64,000 bases of DNA from an uncultured Planctomycetales bacterium. Lineage in GTDB: Bacteria > Planctomycetota > SZUA-567 > JAFGNG01. The notes below the pieces were generated by a model. It did not search any database and was not told the DNA's origin. It saw only the letters and a list, made by a program, of their open reading frames with translations. Within the stretch, counting starts at the first letter, position 1; every line of letters starts with the position of its first letter. Where the stretch lies: positions 3,226-67,225 of the forward strand of contig CAZOBJ010000004.1 of the NCBI GenBank assembly GCA_964577825.1, written 5' to 3'. Both the position numbers and the translations under genes were made by a program. Of the stretch, positions 29,496 to 38,622 are shown piece by piece.

Positions 29496-31037
29496 CTATG
29501 CCTTGGGCACGTCGCCCCAGTAGTAGGGGTCGGGCAGGCCCGAGGCGATCCACCGCTCGTACAGGGGCTTGAACCGCGCCTTCTGGTCCTTGCCCAGCGG
29601 GGGCATGGCGTCCTCCGAGGCCACGCACCAGTTGAGCAGCCGGTCCTTGTGCTCGGCGACGATCTCCTCGTGGCCGGGCACAGGGGCCAGGTTGCGCAGC
29701 TCCCACGGGTCGGCGTCCATGTCGTAGAGCTCGGCCTCGCCCGTGTCGTACCACACGTACTTCCAGCGGTCGGTGCGTACCATCTTCACGCGCCCGCCCC
29801 AGTAGCCTTCCGCGGTGACGCGCCGCCAGTTCTCGAACGGGTTGGACAGGGCCTCCAGGTCGTCCAGGCTCTTGGGCCGGTGGGGCCGCACTTCGGTGCC
29901 CGCCTCCGAGAAGCACGCCTCGCGCGCGGGGTAGTCTTCCTCGCCCAGTAGGGCGCGCGCGTGGCTGAGACCCTGCACGCCCGGGGGCGTCTGTGCGCCG
30001 CACAGGTCCAACACCGTGGGCAGCAAGTCCACGTTCTCGGTCAGCGCGTCCGTGCGCGCCCCCGCCGGGAACCGGCCCGGCCACCACCACACGTACGGGA
30101 TGCGGGTGAGCGCGTCGTACATGGTGTTCGACTTGTGCAGCAACCCGTGCTCGCCCAGGTAGTCGCCGTGGTCCGAGGTGAAGATGACAATCGTGTCCTC
30201 GCCCAGGCCCGCGCGGTCCAGGCGCTCGAACACGCGGCCGATCATGTCGTCGATGTACCGGCAATGCCCGTAGTACAGGCTGATTACGCGGCGCCAGTCG
30301 GCCTCCGTGGCCGCGTCGAAGCCCAAGACCTTGCGGGTGACGCGTTGGCACAAGGGCTTGGTGCCCAGCTCGTCTTGGGGGGGCAGGTCCACGTCCTCGG
30401 GCGCGACGACCCCCTCGTAAGCCTCCGGCACGGTGAACGGCCAGTGCGGCCCGGGGTAGCTCAGCCACATGAAGAACGGCTGGGCCCCGATCCGGTCGAT
30501 GAACCGCAGCGCCGCCTCGGTGATGAGCCCTTCGTCGCAGACCTCCGGGGGGTAGGGGAGCACCGCTTGCCCGAAGGCGCAAGAGACCTGGTCGCGCAGA
30601 TTGTAGTGGTATTCGGTGGCCTCGCGCGCGAGCGCGCCGAAGTCATCGGGCACCTCGTGCAGGCCGAAGTGCATGGCCGTGACCCGCTCGTCGAACGCGC
30701 TCGCCTCTCCCTGCGGGCGGAAGCAGTGGTCCTTGCCGAAGAGCGCGGTGCGGTACCCGGCCATCTTGAGGAGCCCGGGCAGGTGCAGCTCGCGCCGGGG
30801 CAGGGAGATCCCGTTCGAGCGCACGCCGTTCACGTGCGGATACCGGCCCGTCATGCACGCGGCCCGGCTGGGCATGCACACCGGGTACACGCAATAGGCG
30901 CGTTCGTACAGCACGCCCTCGCGGGCCATGCGGTCCACGGTCGGGGTCTGCGACACGCTGCCCCGGTAGCAGGAGAGCGCGCGGAGGTTCTCCTCGTCGG
31001 TCATGATGAAGATCACGTTCGGCTGTCGGCGCGCCAT
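29496..31037 (-). CDS. sulfatase (formylglycine-dependent), no signal peptide
   Basis: From ATG 31037: MARRQPNVIFIMTDE...CMPSRAACMTG and the core FTSDHGD. Confidence 0.9.
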   Translation of the reverse strand: MARRQPNVIFIMTDEENLRALSCYRGSVSQTPTVDRMAREGVLYERAYCVYPVCMPSRAACMTGRYPHVNGVRSNGISLPRRELHLPGLLKMAGYRTALFGKDHCFRPQGEASAFDERVTAMHFGLHEVPDDFGALAREATEYHYNLRDQVSCAFGQAVLPYPPEVCDEGLITEAALRFIDRIGAQPFFMWLSYPGPHWPFTVPEAYEGVVAPEDVDLPPQDELGTKPLCQRVTRKVLGFDAATEADWRRVISLYYGHCRYIDDMIGRVFERLDRAGLGEDTIVIFTSDHGDYLGEHGLLHKSNTMYDALTRIPYVWWWPGRFPAGARTDALTENVDLLPTVLDLCGAQTPPGVQGLSHARALLGEEDYPAREACFSEAGTEVRPHRPKSLDDLEALSNPFENWRRVTAEGYWGGRVKMVRTDRWKYVWYDTGEAELYDMDADPWELRNLAPVPGHEEIVAEHKDRLLNWCVASEDAMPPLGKDQKARFKPLYERWIASGLPDPYYWGDVPKA

Positions 31038-31173
31038 GGCAGGGCTCCTTTTCGAAGGCCGAATGCGCGGCGTGTCGTCCCTTCGTGCCGCGGGCTGGAG
31101 CATAGCCGCCCGCCTCGCCGACCGTCAAGCCCGAAGCGCGGGGCCCCTCGAGCCGCGGGGTGGGCGGGACCGG

Positions 31174-32415
31174 CTACATGAGCTGGGGTCGGCCGCCGCT
31201 CCAGGCCACGGATCGCGCGAGCGTCGACTCCGGGTACAGGCCCTGGAGCAGGCCGAAGGCGCGCTCGGCGCAGTAGGTGTCCTGCCGCGCCAGGCACAGG
31301 TCGCCGAGTTCGTACAGGAAGCGCGGGGTCTCTTCCGAAAGGGGGTAGCGCCCCAGGGCCGCGAGGAGCAGCGCCTGGCACGCGCGGACCTGCCCGAGGG
31401 TGCGCAGTGCCCGCGCCGCGCTCAGGCAGTCGCGGTCGCGCAGGCCCGGGTGTAGGGCCTCCCCGTCCTGCTGTCCGTGCACGGTCGCCTGGAGCAGGGC
31501 GTACGCGCCTGCCAGGTCGCCGGGGCGACGCGCCCTGGCTGCGGCGCGCAGGGCCAGGAGGGCCTGGGCCTGGGCCTTGGCCGTGCGGCCTGCCTGGAGC
31601 TGCGCGCGTGCGCGCGCCAGGTGTGCGCCGGGGCTCTTGTCCTGCGCGCAGGCCTTGTCCAGGAGCTCGGTCGCACGCGCCCAGTCGCCCGTGGTGCCGG
31701 CCCGTCGGATGGACCGCCAGCGCGCCTCGCGCCCCTGTGCGCGCGCGAGCCGCCGAAGCGCCCGGGCCGTAGGCCCCGAGCCCACGACCACGGAGCCGAA
31801 CACGAACCCGCCGACATGCGCCCAGAAGGCCACGCCCATGACCTCGGGCATGTCCGAGAGCAGCAGCCCGTACAACAGCTGTCCGCCGAACCATCCGCCC
31901 AGGAATACGACCGCGGGCACCCGGACCTTGCCGTAGATCGGCTGGACAAAGGAGATCCACACGTACAGGCACCGCACGCGCACCGTGGGCGCGAGCACCA
32001 GGAACGCGCCCAGTAGCCCGGAGATGGCCCCGGACGCGCCCACGCAGGGGATGTCGCTCGCGTCGTCGCCGACAAACGCCATGTGCGTGAGTCCGGCCAG
32101 CACCCCGGCCGCGACATAAAACGCGAGATACCGCCACAGCCCCAGGCGCTCCTCCACGGTACGCCCGAAAATCCACAGGAAGAACATGTTGCCCGCCAGG
32201 TGCAGGAGGCCACCGTGCAGGAACTGGCTGGTGAACAGGGTGTGCGCGCGGGCGGCCTCCTCGGGCACGAACCCCCAGCGCAGATACACGAGCTCCCGCG
32301 ACATGTCGTTGAGCGGGATCATGGCCGCGAACACGAGCACATTCACGGCGATCAGCCCGATCGTTGCCCACGGTCGGATGCCCAGCGGCCGTTCGATCGC
32401 ATAGGGCAGGAACAT
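31174..32415 (-). CDS. rhomboid-family intramembrane serine protease fused to C-terminal TPR-like repeats
   Basis: HLAGNMFFLWIFG, the GASGAISG catalytic Ser block and the AHVGGFVFG His block. The C-terminal region of about 200 aa is Ala/Leu-rich and repeat-like. Confidence 0.9.
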   Translation of the reverse strand: MFLPYAIERPLGIRPWATIGLIAVNVLVFAAMIPLNDMSRELVYLRWGFVPEEAARAHTLFTSQFLHGGLLHLAGNMFFLWIFGRTVEERLGLWRYLAFYVAAGVLAGLTHMAFVGDDASDIPCVGASGAISGLLGAFLVLAPTVRVRCLYVWISFVQPIYGKVRVPAVVFLGGWFGGQLLYGLLLSDMPEVMGVAFWAHVGGFVFGSVVVGSGPTARALRRLARAQGREARWRSIRRAGTTGDWARATELLDKACAQDKSPGAHLARARAQLQAGRTAKAQAQALLALRAAARARRPGDLAGAYALLQATVHGQQDGEALHPGLRDRDCLSAARALRTLGQVRACQALLLAALGRYPLSEETPRFLYELGDLCLARQDTYCAERAFGLLQGLYPESTLARSVAWSGGRPQLM

Positions 32416-32418
32416 GGC

Positions 32419-33579
32419 TCACTCGTCCAGCGGCACCACGCGCAGGGTCTCCTGCGCGTCGTCGCCTTGGTCCTGGTCGCCGCTCGCCTCGCGCGCGGGT
32501 AGCACGGGAAGCGGCATCCCATCTGTTGCCGACGGCGCCTCGCTCGCAGACGGCTCGGGTCGCTCGGGGTCTTGCTGGGCCCCTGCGGAGGGCGTCTCCT
32601 CGCGCAGCCGGTCAGTCCAGGGCGAGTGCGGATGGTTGGCGGCCAGGCGGTCCCGCGCGGCGCGCGCTTCCTGCGGGTGCTTCAACCGCTCGTGGCATCG
32701 GGCCAGGCGATACAGGGCGTGCGCGGGATCGGCCGGGCCTGCCAGATGCCGCAGCGCGGCGTCGATCCTGCGCTCCTGGAGCGGCCGCCCCTGGCTCTCG
32801 ATGAATTCCCCGAGAACGTCCTTGGACGCGGGAGACGCCTCAGCCGCCTCGCGATAGCAGGCAGCCGCTTGGTCGAGGTGGCCGAGGCAGTCGTCATGCA
32901 GGCGTCCCTGCCAGAACGCGGCCAGGGCGGCCACCTCCCTGCCCGCGTGCGCTTCTTGGGCGCGCGCGAGCCACTGCGCCGCGGCCTCCGGGTCGCGCGC
33001 GGTCACGGCGAACCGGCCCATGGCCGCGTAGGCGCGGCCCAAGCGCTCGCGCACCTCGGCGGTCTCTCTTCCCTGGTCGGGCAATCGGCGCAATCGGGTC
33101 TGGAAGGACTCCACGACCGGCCGGAGCGCGCGCCAGGCGCCTGCGGCCTTCACCTGGGCGAGGTCGGTCTGCTCGGCCTGGTCCAGGGCCTCGACGGCCA
33201 ACTGCAGGCGCATGGCCTTGGCTAGGAAGCGGCGCTCGCGTCGCGTACGCTGCTTTTCTGTGATCGCTCCCGCGGGTTCGGCCCGTTCGCCGCGCCCATA
33301 CAGCCCATAGACAAGGCTCAGTGCGATGATCGCCGCAAGCAGCAGGAACGCCGGATGGAGAACGACCCGCCTGGCCGTCGCCCCCGACAGGGCGGGCAGG
33401 TACCGACAGCGCGTACACAAAGGCTCGCGCGCGGTGACCGCAAAGCAGTCCGGGCACATCCCCCGCCCGCAGCGGGCGCACACAGCCCAGGCGGGTGCCC
33501 CAGGGTGATGCGCACAGGCGAGGGTCGTCCCGGCCCGCGCGTCGCGGTGTTCGTGGACGAACTCCTCGATGGGCCCCAT
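32419..33579 (-). CDS. B-box-type zinc-finger / single-pass membrane / TPR-like protein
   Basis: N-terminal CAHHPGAPAWAVCARCGRGMCPDCF...CTRC, then one TM helix (VLHPAFLLLAAIIALSLVYGLY), then a helical-repeat ectodomain. The stop lies 3 nt before the rhomboid start. Confidence 0.7.
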   Translation of the reverse strand: MGPIEEFVHEHRDARAGTTLACAHHPGAPAWAVCARCGRGMCPDCFAVTAREPLCTRCRYLPALSGATARRVVLHPAFLLLAAIIALSLVYGLYGRGERAEPAGAITEKQRTRRERRFLAKAMRLQLAVEALDQAEQTDLAQVKAAGAWRALRPVVESFQTRLRRLPDQGRETAEVRERLGRAYAAMGRFAVTARDPEAAAQWLARAQEAHAGREVAALAAFWQGRLHDDCLGHLDQAAACYREAAEASPASKDVLGEFIESQGRPLQERRIDAALRHLAGPADPAHALYRLARCHERLKHPQEARAARDRLAANHPHSPWTDRLREETPSAGAQQDPERPEPSASEAPSATDGMPLPVLPAREASGDQDQGDDAQETLRVVPLDE

Positions 33580-33586
33580 AGCGTCC

Positions 33587-35296
33587 TCACCACACGCGGC
33601 TGACCGCGTGCACGGTATGCCCGCCGCCCCCTGCGGCGCCGCGCCGCACGGGTGGGAGCATGGTGTCAGGGCGGCCCTGATGGATGGTGAAGAGGACGAG
33701 CTTGTCCGTGAGCACGGCGTCGGCGAGAAAGCCCTCCTGCTTGTGCGTCCACGCGATGCCGCCGTCGTCCGGTTCGAGTCCGCACAGGTGGGTGACGCCC
33801 TTTCTACCCAGGGTCAGTAGCCCGCCGGGCGAGCTCACCCGGGCCACCACCGGCCCGCCCGGGCCACAGACCACGTGTCCGCCGATCTCCTCATGGACCC
33901 AGAGCGTGTCTCCCGCTTTCAGGTCGATGGCGTGCAGCCGCGAGATGGAGCGCGAGAGCGTGAAGTCCTGGTCGCCCGCCAGCTCCTGGACGTCGATGCC
34001 CGGGGCCTGCGGCCAGGCCGGGATGGGCGCTTCCTCTTCGTCCTGTTCGATGGTCTCGGTGCGCCAGTCGGGCACGTACGCGCGTCGCGGCCCGAGCACG
34101 GGCTCGCCCGCGCGGTCGCTGATCGCCGCGGTCCACAGCACCTGCCCGGAAGCGCGATTCAGGCACACGAGCCCGTCCTGCGCATCGCGAAGCAGAACGT
34201 GCCCGGGGCCGACCTGCGCGCGCGCCTGCCCTGCGTTGTGCGGGTGTTCCCACTGTTTCTGTCCGCCAGGCGTGAGGGCGTACAGCTTTCGGGCCGTGGA
34301 CAATACGAGGCCCTGTGCGTCCGCGTGCAGGCCCGTGAGGCGCCCGCCCTCGATCTGCGCTTTCCACTGACCATCGCCCGAACGCAGGTCCAGGGCGAGG
34401 AGGGCGTCTTGCGCCGCATCCGTGAGCATGCCGCCCTGGCCGAGGAACAAGAGGCCCTTGTGCGCAGCGAGCGCCTCGGCCGCCGGCGGGCCGTCCAACG
34501 GCCGCGACCAGAGCTCGCCTCCGGCGGCGGCGTCGAGCGCGCGGAGCACAGTCTTGTCGCGCACCAAGAGCTCGCGGTTGGCCCCGAGCACGCCGGAGAA
34601 GGCCCCGCGAAACGCGTTGCGTGATGCCTGTTGTCCGGGCTGCGGCCTGTAGGGCTTGTAGGTGCTCGACACGTAGCAGAGCACATCGTCGGCCGCGACC
34701 GGCGGCTGGTCGAGCTGCCCCTCGACCGCGTGCTGCCAGCTCACCGACTTCTCACGCGTGCGCACGCAATAGAGCGAGTTCTCGCTCCACACGAGCAGCG
34801 ACCCCTGCGCCAGGACCTTGGGCAGGCACCGGTCCAGCCCCTGTCCGGCGCGTACGCGCCACAGCTCCTTGCCCGTGGCCGGGTCCAGGGCATGCACATT
34901 CCCGGTGTGGGTGGCCACGTACAGGGTCTTGCCCTGCAGCGTGAGCCCGGACAGGGCGCCGCCTTGCTCCGGGTGGAAGGTCCACATCGTCTTTCCGGCG
35001 TCGCTGGCCAGCCGCACGGCGATCCAGGCGGCCAAGAGCAAGACGGCCGCAGGAACCACCCGTCGCGTGAAGAACCGCATGGCTGCCACGGATCGTTCAT
35101 GGGCCTGGGCTCGCTGCGCGCGGGCCTGCTGCGTCTCCATGGCCTCGCGTTCTCGCTGCGCCTGGTTCTTGCAGGCCTGGGAGCAGAAGTAACCGTACGT
35201 CCTTCGGCAGGCGGCGCAGATGCCCTGTCCGCAGGTCTGGCACCTGGCCACGGCCGGCCGGTCGGGATGCTGCTTGCATGCGAGCCGCTTTGCCAT
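33587..35296 (-). CDS. B-box-type zinc-finger / single-pass membrane / PQQ-like beta-propeller protein
   Basis: From ATG 35296: MAKRLACKQHPDRPAVARCQTCGQGICAACRR..., then a TM helix (VVPAAVLLLAAWIAV), then repeated ...LYVAT..G.VHALD..TGKELW... beta-propeller blades. Confidence 0.75.
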   Translation of the reverse strand: MAKRLACKQHPDRPAVARCQTCGQGICAACRRTYGYFCSQACKNQAQREREAMETQQARAQRAQAHERSVAAMRFFTRRVVPAAVLLLAAWIAVRLASDAGKTMWTFHPEQGGALSGLTLQGKTLYVATHTGNVHALDPATGKELWRVRAGQGLDRCLPKVLAQGSLLVWSENSLYCVRTREKSVSWQHAVEGQLDQPPVAADDVLCYVSSTYKPYRPQPGQQASRNAFRGAFSGVLGANRELLVRDKTVLRALDAAAGGELWSRPLDGPPAAEALAAHKGLLFLGQGGMLTDAAQDALLALDLRSGDGQWKAQIEGGRLTGLHADAQGLVLSTARKLYALTPGGQKQWEHPHNAGQARAQVGPGHVLLRDAQDGLVCLNRASGQVLWTAAISDRAGEPVLGPRRAYVPDWRTETIEQDEEEAPIPAWPQAPGIDVQELAGDQDFTLSRSISRLHAIDLKAGDTLWVHEEIGGHVVCGPGGPVVARVSSPGGLLTLGRKGVTHLCGLEPDDGGIAWTHKQEGFLADAVLTDKLVLFTIHQGRPDTMLPPVRRGAAGGGGHTVHAVSRVW

Positions 35297-35405
35297 GCCT
35301 TGCCTCCATGCGGCGCCCTCGGGGCCCAGCCCGCGCCCGTCAAAGCATACCCGGGCGACGCCGCGGCGGCAAGTTCCGCGTTCGTTCGGGTTGCATGGGA
35401 GGGTC

Positions 35406-35433
35406 TTGACGGTCGGAGCCCGCGGGCTACCAT
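35406..35433 (+). promoter_or_regulatory. candidate promoter of ald
   Basis: TTGACG (35406-35411), a 16-nt spacer, then TACCAT (35428-35433), about 60 nt upstream of the ATG. Confidence 0.3.
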
Positions 35434-35493
35434 GGGGCTGCTGCGCCGGGCAACCGCCGAGCGCATCGGAGGCCATGCAGGAGGGGGAGCGGC

Positions 35494-36591
35494 ATGATCG
35501 TCGGCGTACCGAAGGAGATCAAGACGCACGAGTACCGCGTGGCCCTGCTGCCGGTCGGGGCCAGGCTGCTGGCCGAGGACGGGCACCAGGTGCTCGTCCA
35601 GCGCGGGGCCGGCGCGGGCAGCGGGTTCACGGACGCGGACTACGAGGCCGCCGGCGCCACGCTCGTCGACGGGCCGGAGCCGATCTTCGAGCGCGCGGAA
35701 CTGCTCATCAAGGTGAAGGAGCCCCAGCCTGCGGAGATCGAGGCGCTGCGCAGCGACCAGGTGGTGTTCACCTACTTCCATTTCGCCGCGAGCCGGGAGC
35801 TCACCCAGGGGTGCCTGGGCGCGGGGATCACCGCGGTCGCGTACGAGACCCTGGAGGACGCCCACGGCCGGCTGCCCCTGCTCATCCCCATGAGCGAGGT
35901 GGCGGGCAAGCTCGCCATCCAGGAGGGCGCCAAGTACCTGGAGCGGCCCATGGGCGGCCGGGGCGTGCTCCTCGGCGGGGTGCCCGGGGTGGGCCCGGCC
36001 GACGTGCTCGTGCTCGGCGGCGGGGTGGTGGGCGCGTGCGCGGCGCGCATGGCCGCGGGTCTGGGCGCGAACGTGGTCATCACGGACATCAACCTGGACC
36101 GGCTGCGCTATCTCGACGAGGTGATGCCTCCGAACGTGAGCCTGCTCTTCTCGGACCCGCACGCCGTGGACGAACAGTTGCGCCGCGCGGACCTGGTGGT
36201 CGGGGCGGTGCTGATCCACGGCGCACGCGCGCCGCGGCTTGTCTCGCGCGCGCAGCTCGGGCACATGAAGCGCGGGGCCGTGGTCGTGGACGTGGGCATC
36301 GACCAGGGCGGGTGCTTCGAGACGAGCCGGCCCACCGCGCACGACGACCCGGTCTACGAGGTGGACGGGGTGCTCCATTACTGCGTGGCCAACATGCCCG
36401 GCGCGGTGAGCCGTACGAGCAGCCAGGCCTTGTGCAACGCGACGCTGCCGTATGCGCGGGACCTCGCGGCCAAGGGCGTGGACGGGTTTGTGGCGCTGTC
36501 CGCGGGCCACGGGGCCGCGGTCAACATGCGTGCGGGCAAGCTCACGCACCCGGCCGTGGGGCAGGCCTTCCCCGATCTGCCCAGCGCCTGA
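35494..36591 (+). CDS. ald: alanine dehydrogenase
   Basis: MIVGVPKEIKTHEYRVAL..., VKEP, PMSEVAG, VLGGGVVG. The similarity runs the full length. Confidence 0.95.
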   Translation: MIVGVPKEIKTHEYRVALLPVGARLLAEDGHQVLVQRGAGAGSGFTDADYEAAGATLVDGPEPIFERAELLIKVKEPQPAEIEALRSDQVVFTYFHFAASRELTQGCLGAGITAVAYETLEDAHGRLPLLIPMSEVAGKLAIQEGAKYLERPMGGRGVLLGGVPGVGPADVLVLGGGVVGACAARMAAGLGANVVITDINLDRLRYLDEVMPPNVSLLFSDPHAVDEQLRRADLVVGAVLIHGARAPRLVSRAQLGHMKRGAVVVDVGIDQGGCFETSRPTAHDDPVYEVDGVLHYCVANMPGAVSRTSSQALCNATLPYARDLAAKGVDGFVALSAGHGAAVNMRAGKLTHPAVGQAFPDLPSA

Positions 36592-36693
36592 GCCTGCGCG
36601 AATCCCCGAAAACCCATGCCCGGGGTTGATTCCCGCCGCAGCCGCGGGTACACGTGGAGCGGTGCGCAAAGGGGTGCTTGCCTGAGAGGACCT

Positions 36694-38058
36694 GTGCGCG
36701 TGAGACGCATCCCCTTGTCTACATATCTCATCCGTGCCCTTGTGTGCGTCGCGTTCGCGTGCGTGTGCGCGGGGGGCGTGTGGAGTGCGCAACCGGACGC
36801 CGCGAGGGCCGAGGCCGCGCCGGAGCTCGATGCGCAGCCCTCCGAGGCCGAGACGGACTCGTTCCTGGACAAGCTCTACGCCGCGGGCATGGACCCGCAG
36901 ATCGCCGCCGAGGTGGGCACGGCCCGGGTGACCTTTGGCCAGGTCTTCGAGGTCTGGGGCCCGACCTGGCGGCGGGTCATCCGCGAGTGCCACCTGGGCG
37001 ATCTGGAAGGCCCGGAGGCCGACCGCCGGTTGCAGGCCGCGTGGGAGGAGGCCCTGGAGACGACCATCCGCGAAGAGGTCTTCTACCAGGAGGCCAGGCG
37101 CACTATCGACAAGGTCATCGAGGAGCATGCCCGCGCGGCATACAACAGTCAAGACCGTCGCCGACCGGAGGCGCGCGACACGTTCACCCAGATCGAGCGC
37201 AAGCTGCGCGCCCGGATCGAGGAGCAGATCACGCGGGCGGTGCGCGACGTCACCGACCGTCACATCCGGCGCGCGGGCGGCGCAAAGGCGGCCCACCGGA
37301 TCCTGCGGCGCCAGGGCCTGACCTGGGAGGAGTGGAAGGCCCGGCTACAGCGCAAGGTGTACGTGCAGTACTTCCTGGACCGGCGCCTCTCGCTGGAGGA
37401 GAAGGCCGAGCCCCGTCCGGACGACATCCGCGCCTACTACCGGAACCATCCGGACGAGTTCACGCGGCCGGGCCGGGTGGTCTTCCGCCACATCCTGATC
37501 GGTTTCGAGGAGGCGGGCGGCGAGGGCGCGGCCCGCCGCTTGGCCGCGGAGGTGTACGATAGGATCCGCACCGGGGCGCTCTCCTTCGCCCAAGCGGCGA
37601 AGCAGCACTCCGACGACGAGGTGAGCGCGCCGCACGGGGGCCGCGAACCGTTGCCCCTTGCCGAGGTCCCGCCCGAGGCCCTGGCCAGCACCCGGCTCGC
37701 GTGGCTGGACGAGGTGCGCGACGCCGCGCAGGACCTGCCCGTGGGCGAGCTCGGGCCTCCGCTTGTCAGCAATCACGGCTGCCACATCGTGCGCGTGGAG
37801 GACAAGGAGGCCGGCGAGCGCATCCCCTTCCGCGTTGCGCAGGAGAAAATCGCCGAGATTTTTCGCGCCCAGGCCCGGGAGGAGGCGGCGCAAGCGCTGT
37901 ATCGCGATCTTCTTACGGAGGTCCGTGTGGACGTGCGCATGCCCGAATACCCGCAGCGGTACGCCTGGTCGGCGGTGCGCGCGCACCTCGGGGGCGCCCG
38001 GACCGGGCGTGAGACCGCGCCCCCGTCGCCGGAGTACCGGCCCGACGCAGGGCCCTAG
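36694..38058 (+). CDS. SurA-like peptidyl-prolyl cis-trans isomerase (parvulin/PpiC domain), exported
   Basis: Signal anchor IRALVCVAFACVCAGGVWS, and parvulin domain FRHILI...HSDD...GCHIVRVEDK. The start is uncertain: GTG 36694 follows GAGAGGA, and an ATG at 36616 is also open. Confidence 0.75.
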   Translation: MRVRRIPLSTYLIRALVCVAFACVCAGGVWSAQPDAARAEAAPELDAQPSEAETDSFLDKLYAAGMDPQIAAEVGTARVTFGQVFEVWGPTWRRVIRECHLGDLEGPEADRRLQAAWEEALETTIREEVFYQEARRTIDKVIEEHARAAYNSQDRRRPEARDTFTQIERKLRARIEEQITRAVRDVTDRHIRRAGGAKAAHRILRRQGLTWEEWKARLQRKVYVQYFLDRRLSLEEKAEPRPDDIRAYYRNHPDEFTRPGRVVFRHILIGFEEAGGEGAARRLAAEVYDRIRTGALSFAQAAKQHSDDEVSAPHGGREPLPLAEVPPEALASTRLAWLDEVRDAAQDLPVGELGPPLVSNHGCHIVRVEDKEAGERIPFRVAQEKIAEIFRAQAREEAAQALYRDLLTEVRVDVRMPEYPQRYAWSAVRAHLGGARTGRETAPPSPEYRPDAGP

Positions 38059-38325
38059 GGACCGATAATGTGTTGATTGGCAAGAGGTTCGCGAGACGGA
38101 AGTCGGCCCAGAGGCCCGAAGCCGTGAAGCGGCGGGGCGCCGCTGCCCGCCCGCGTGCGGGATCAAGGCATATCGACCGGTTCCGACCGTGTCTTGAATC
38201 GGTCGCCGCACGGAGCCGAAAACGCGCAAGCGGGGGGAGCCGCGCAGGTGGTTGCGCCCCAAATAAATACATGTCCCGGCCGGTGAAATCCCCCTCGACC
38301 GAAAATGATTTTTCTTTTTTCCCTC

Positions 38326-38353
38326 TTGCGTTGGGTCGGCCGCCTCATATAAT
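38326..38353 (+). promoter_or_regulatory. strong candidate sigma70 promoter with upstream AT-rich element, driving the porin gene
   Basis: TTGCGT (38326-38331), a 16-nt spacer, then TATAAT (38348-38353). It is preceded by gaaaatgatttttctttttt (38301-38320) in an otherwise GC-rich genome. Confidence 0.55.
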
Positions 38354-38622
38354 CCGCGGACAACGGAGGGCACACCGTGCGTGCGGGGTGGCCTCCGTGC
38401 TGACAAGACTTCGACGGGTTTCAGGCCAAAGGCGGTCTGCGAGGAGCAAATGCGGGGGCTGTTGAAAAGGAGGACGGGGATCGGACGATAGGCGTGCTAC
38501 TGGCTGCAAAGTTGGGGGCTTCACCGGGGCCCAATGACCGGGAAGAAGCCGGACGCTCCGGGGAAGAGCCAGACGGAGATCAAAACGGACAAGCGGTCTT
38601 TGATGTAGGGGGAGACAAAACA

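Noticed and set aside
34741-37296. 851-aa minus-strand ORF covering ald and flanks
   Set aside because: It is antisense to full-length alanine dehydrogenase and has low-complexity composition.
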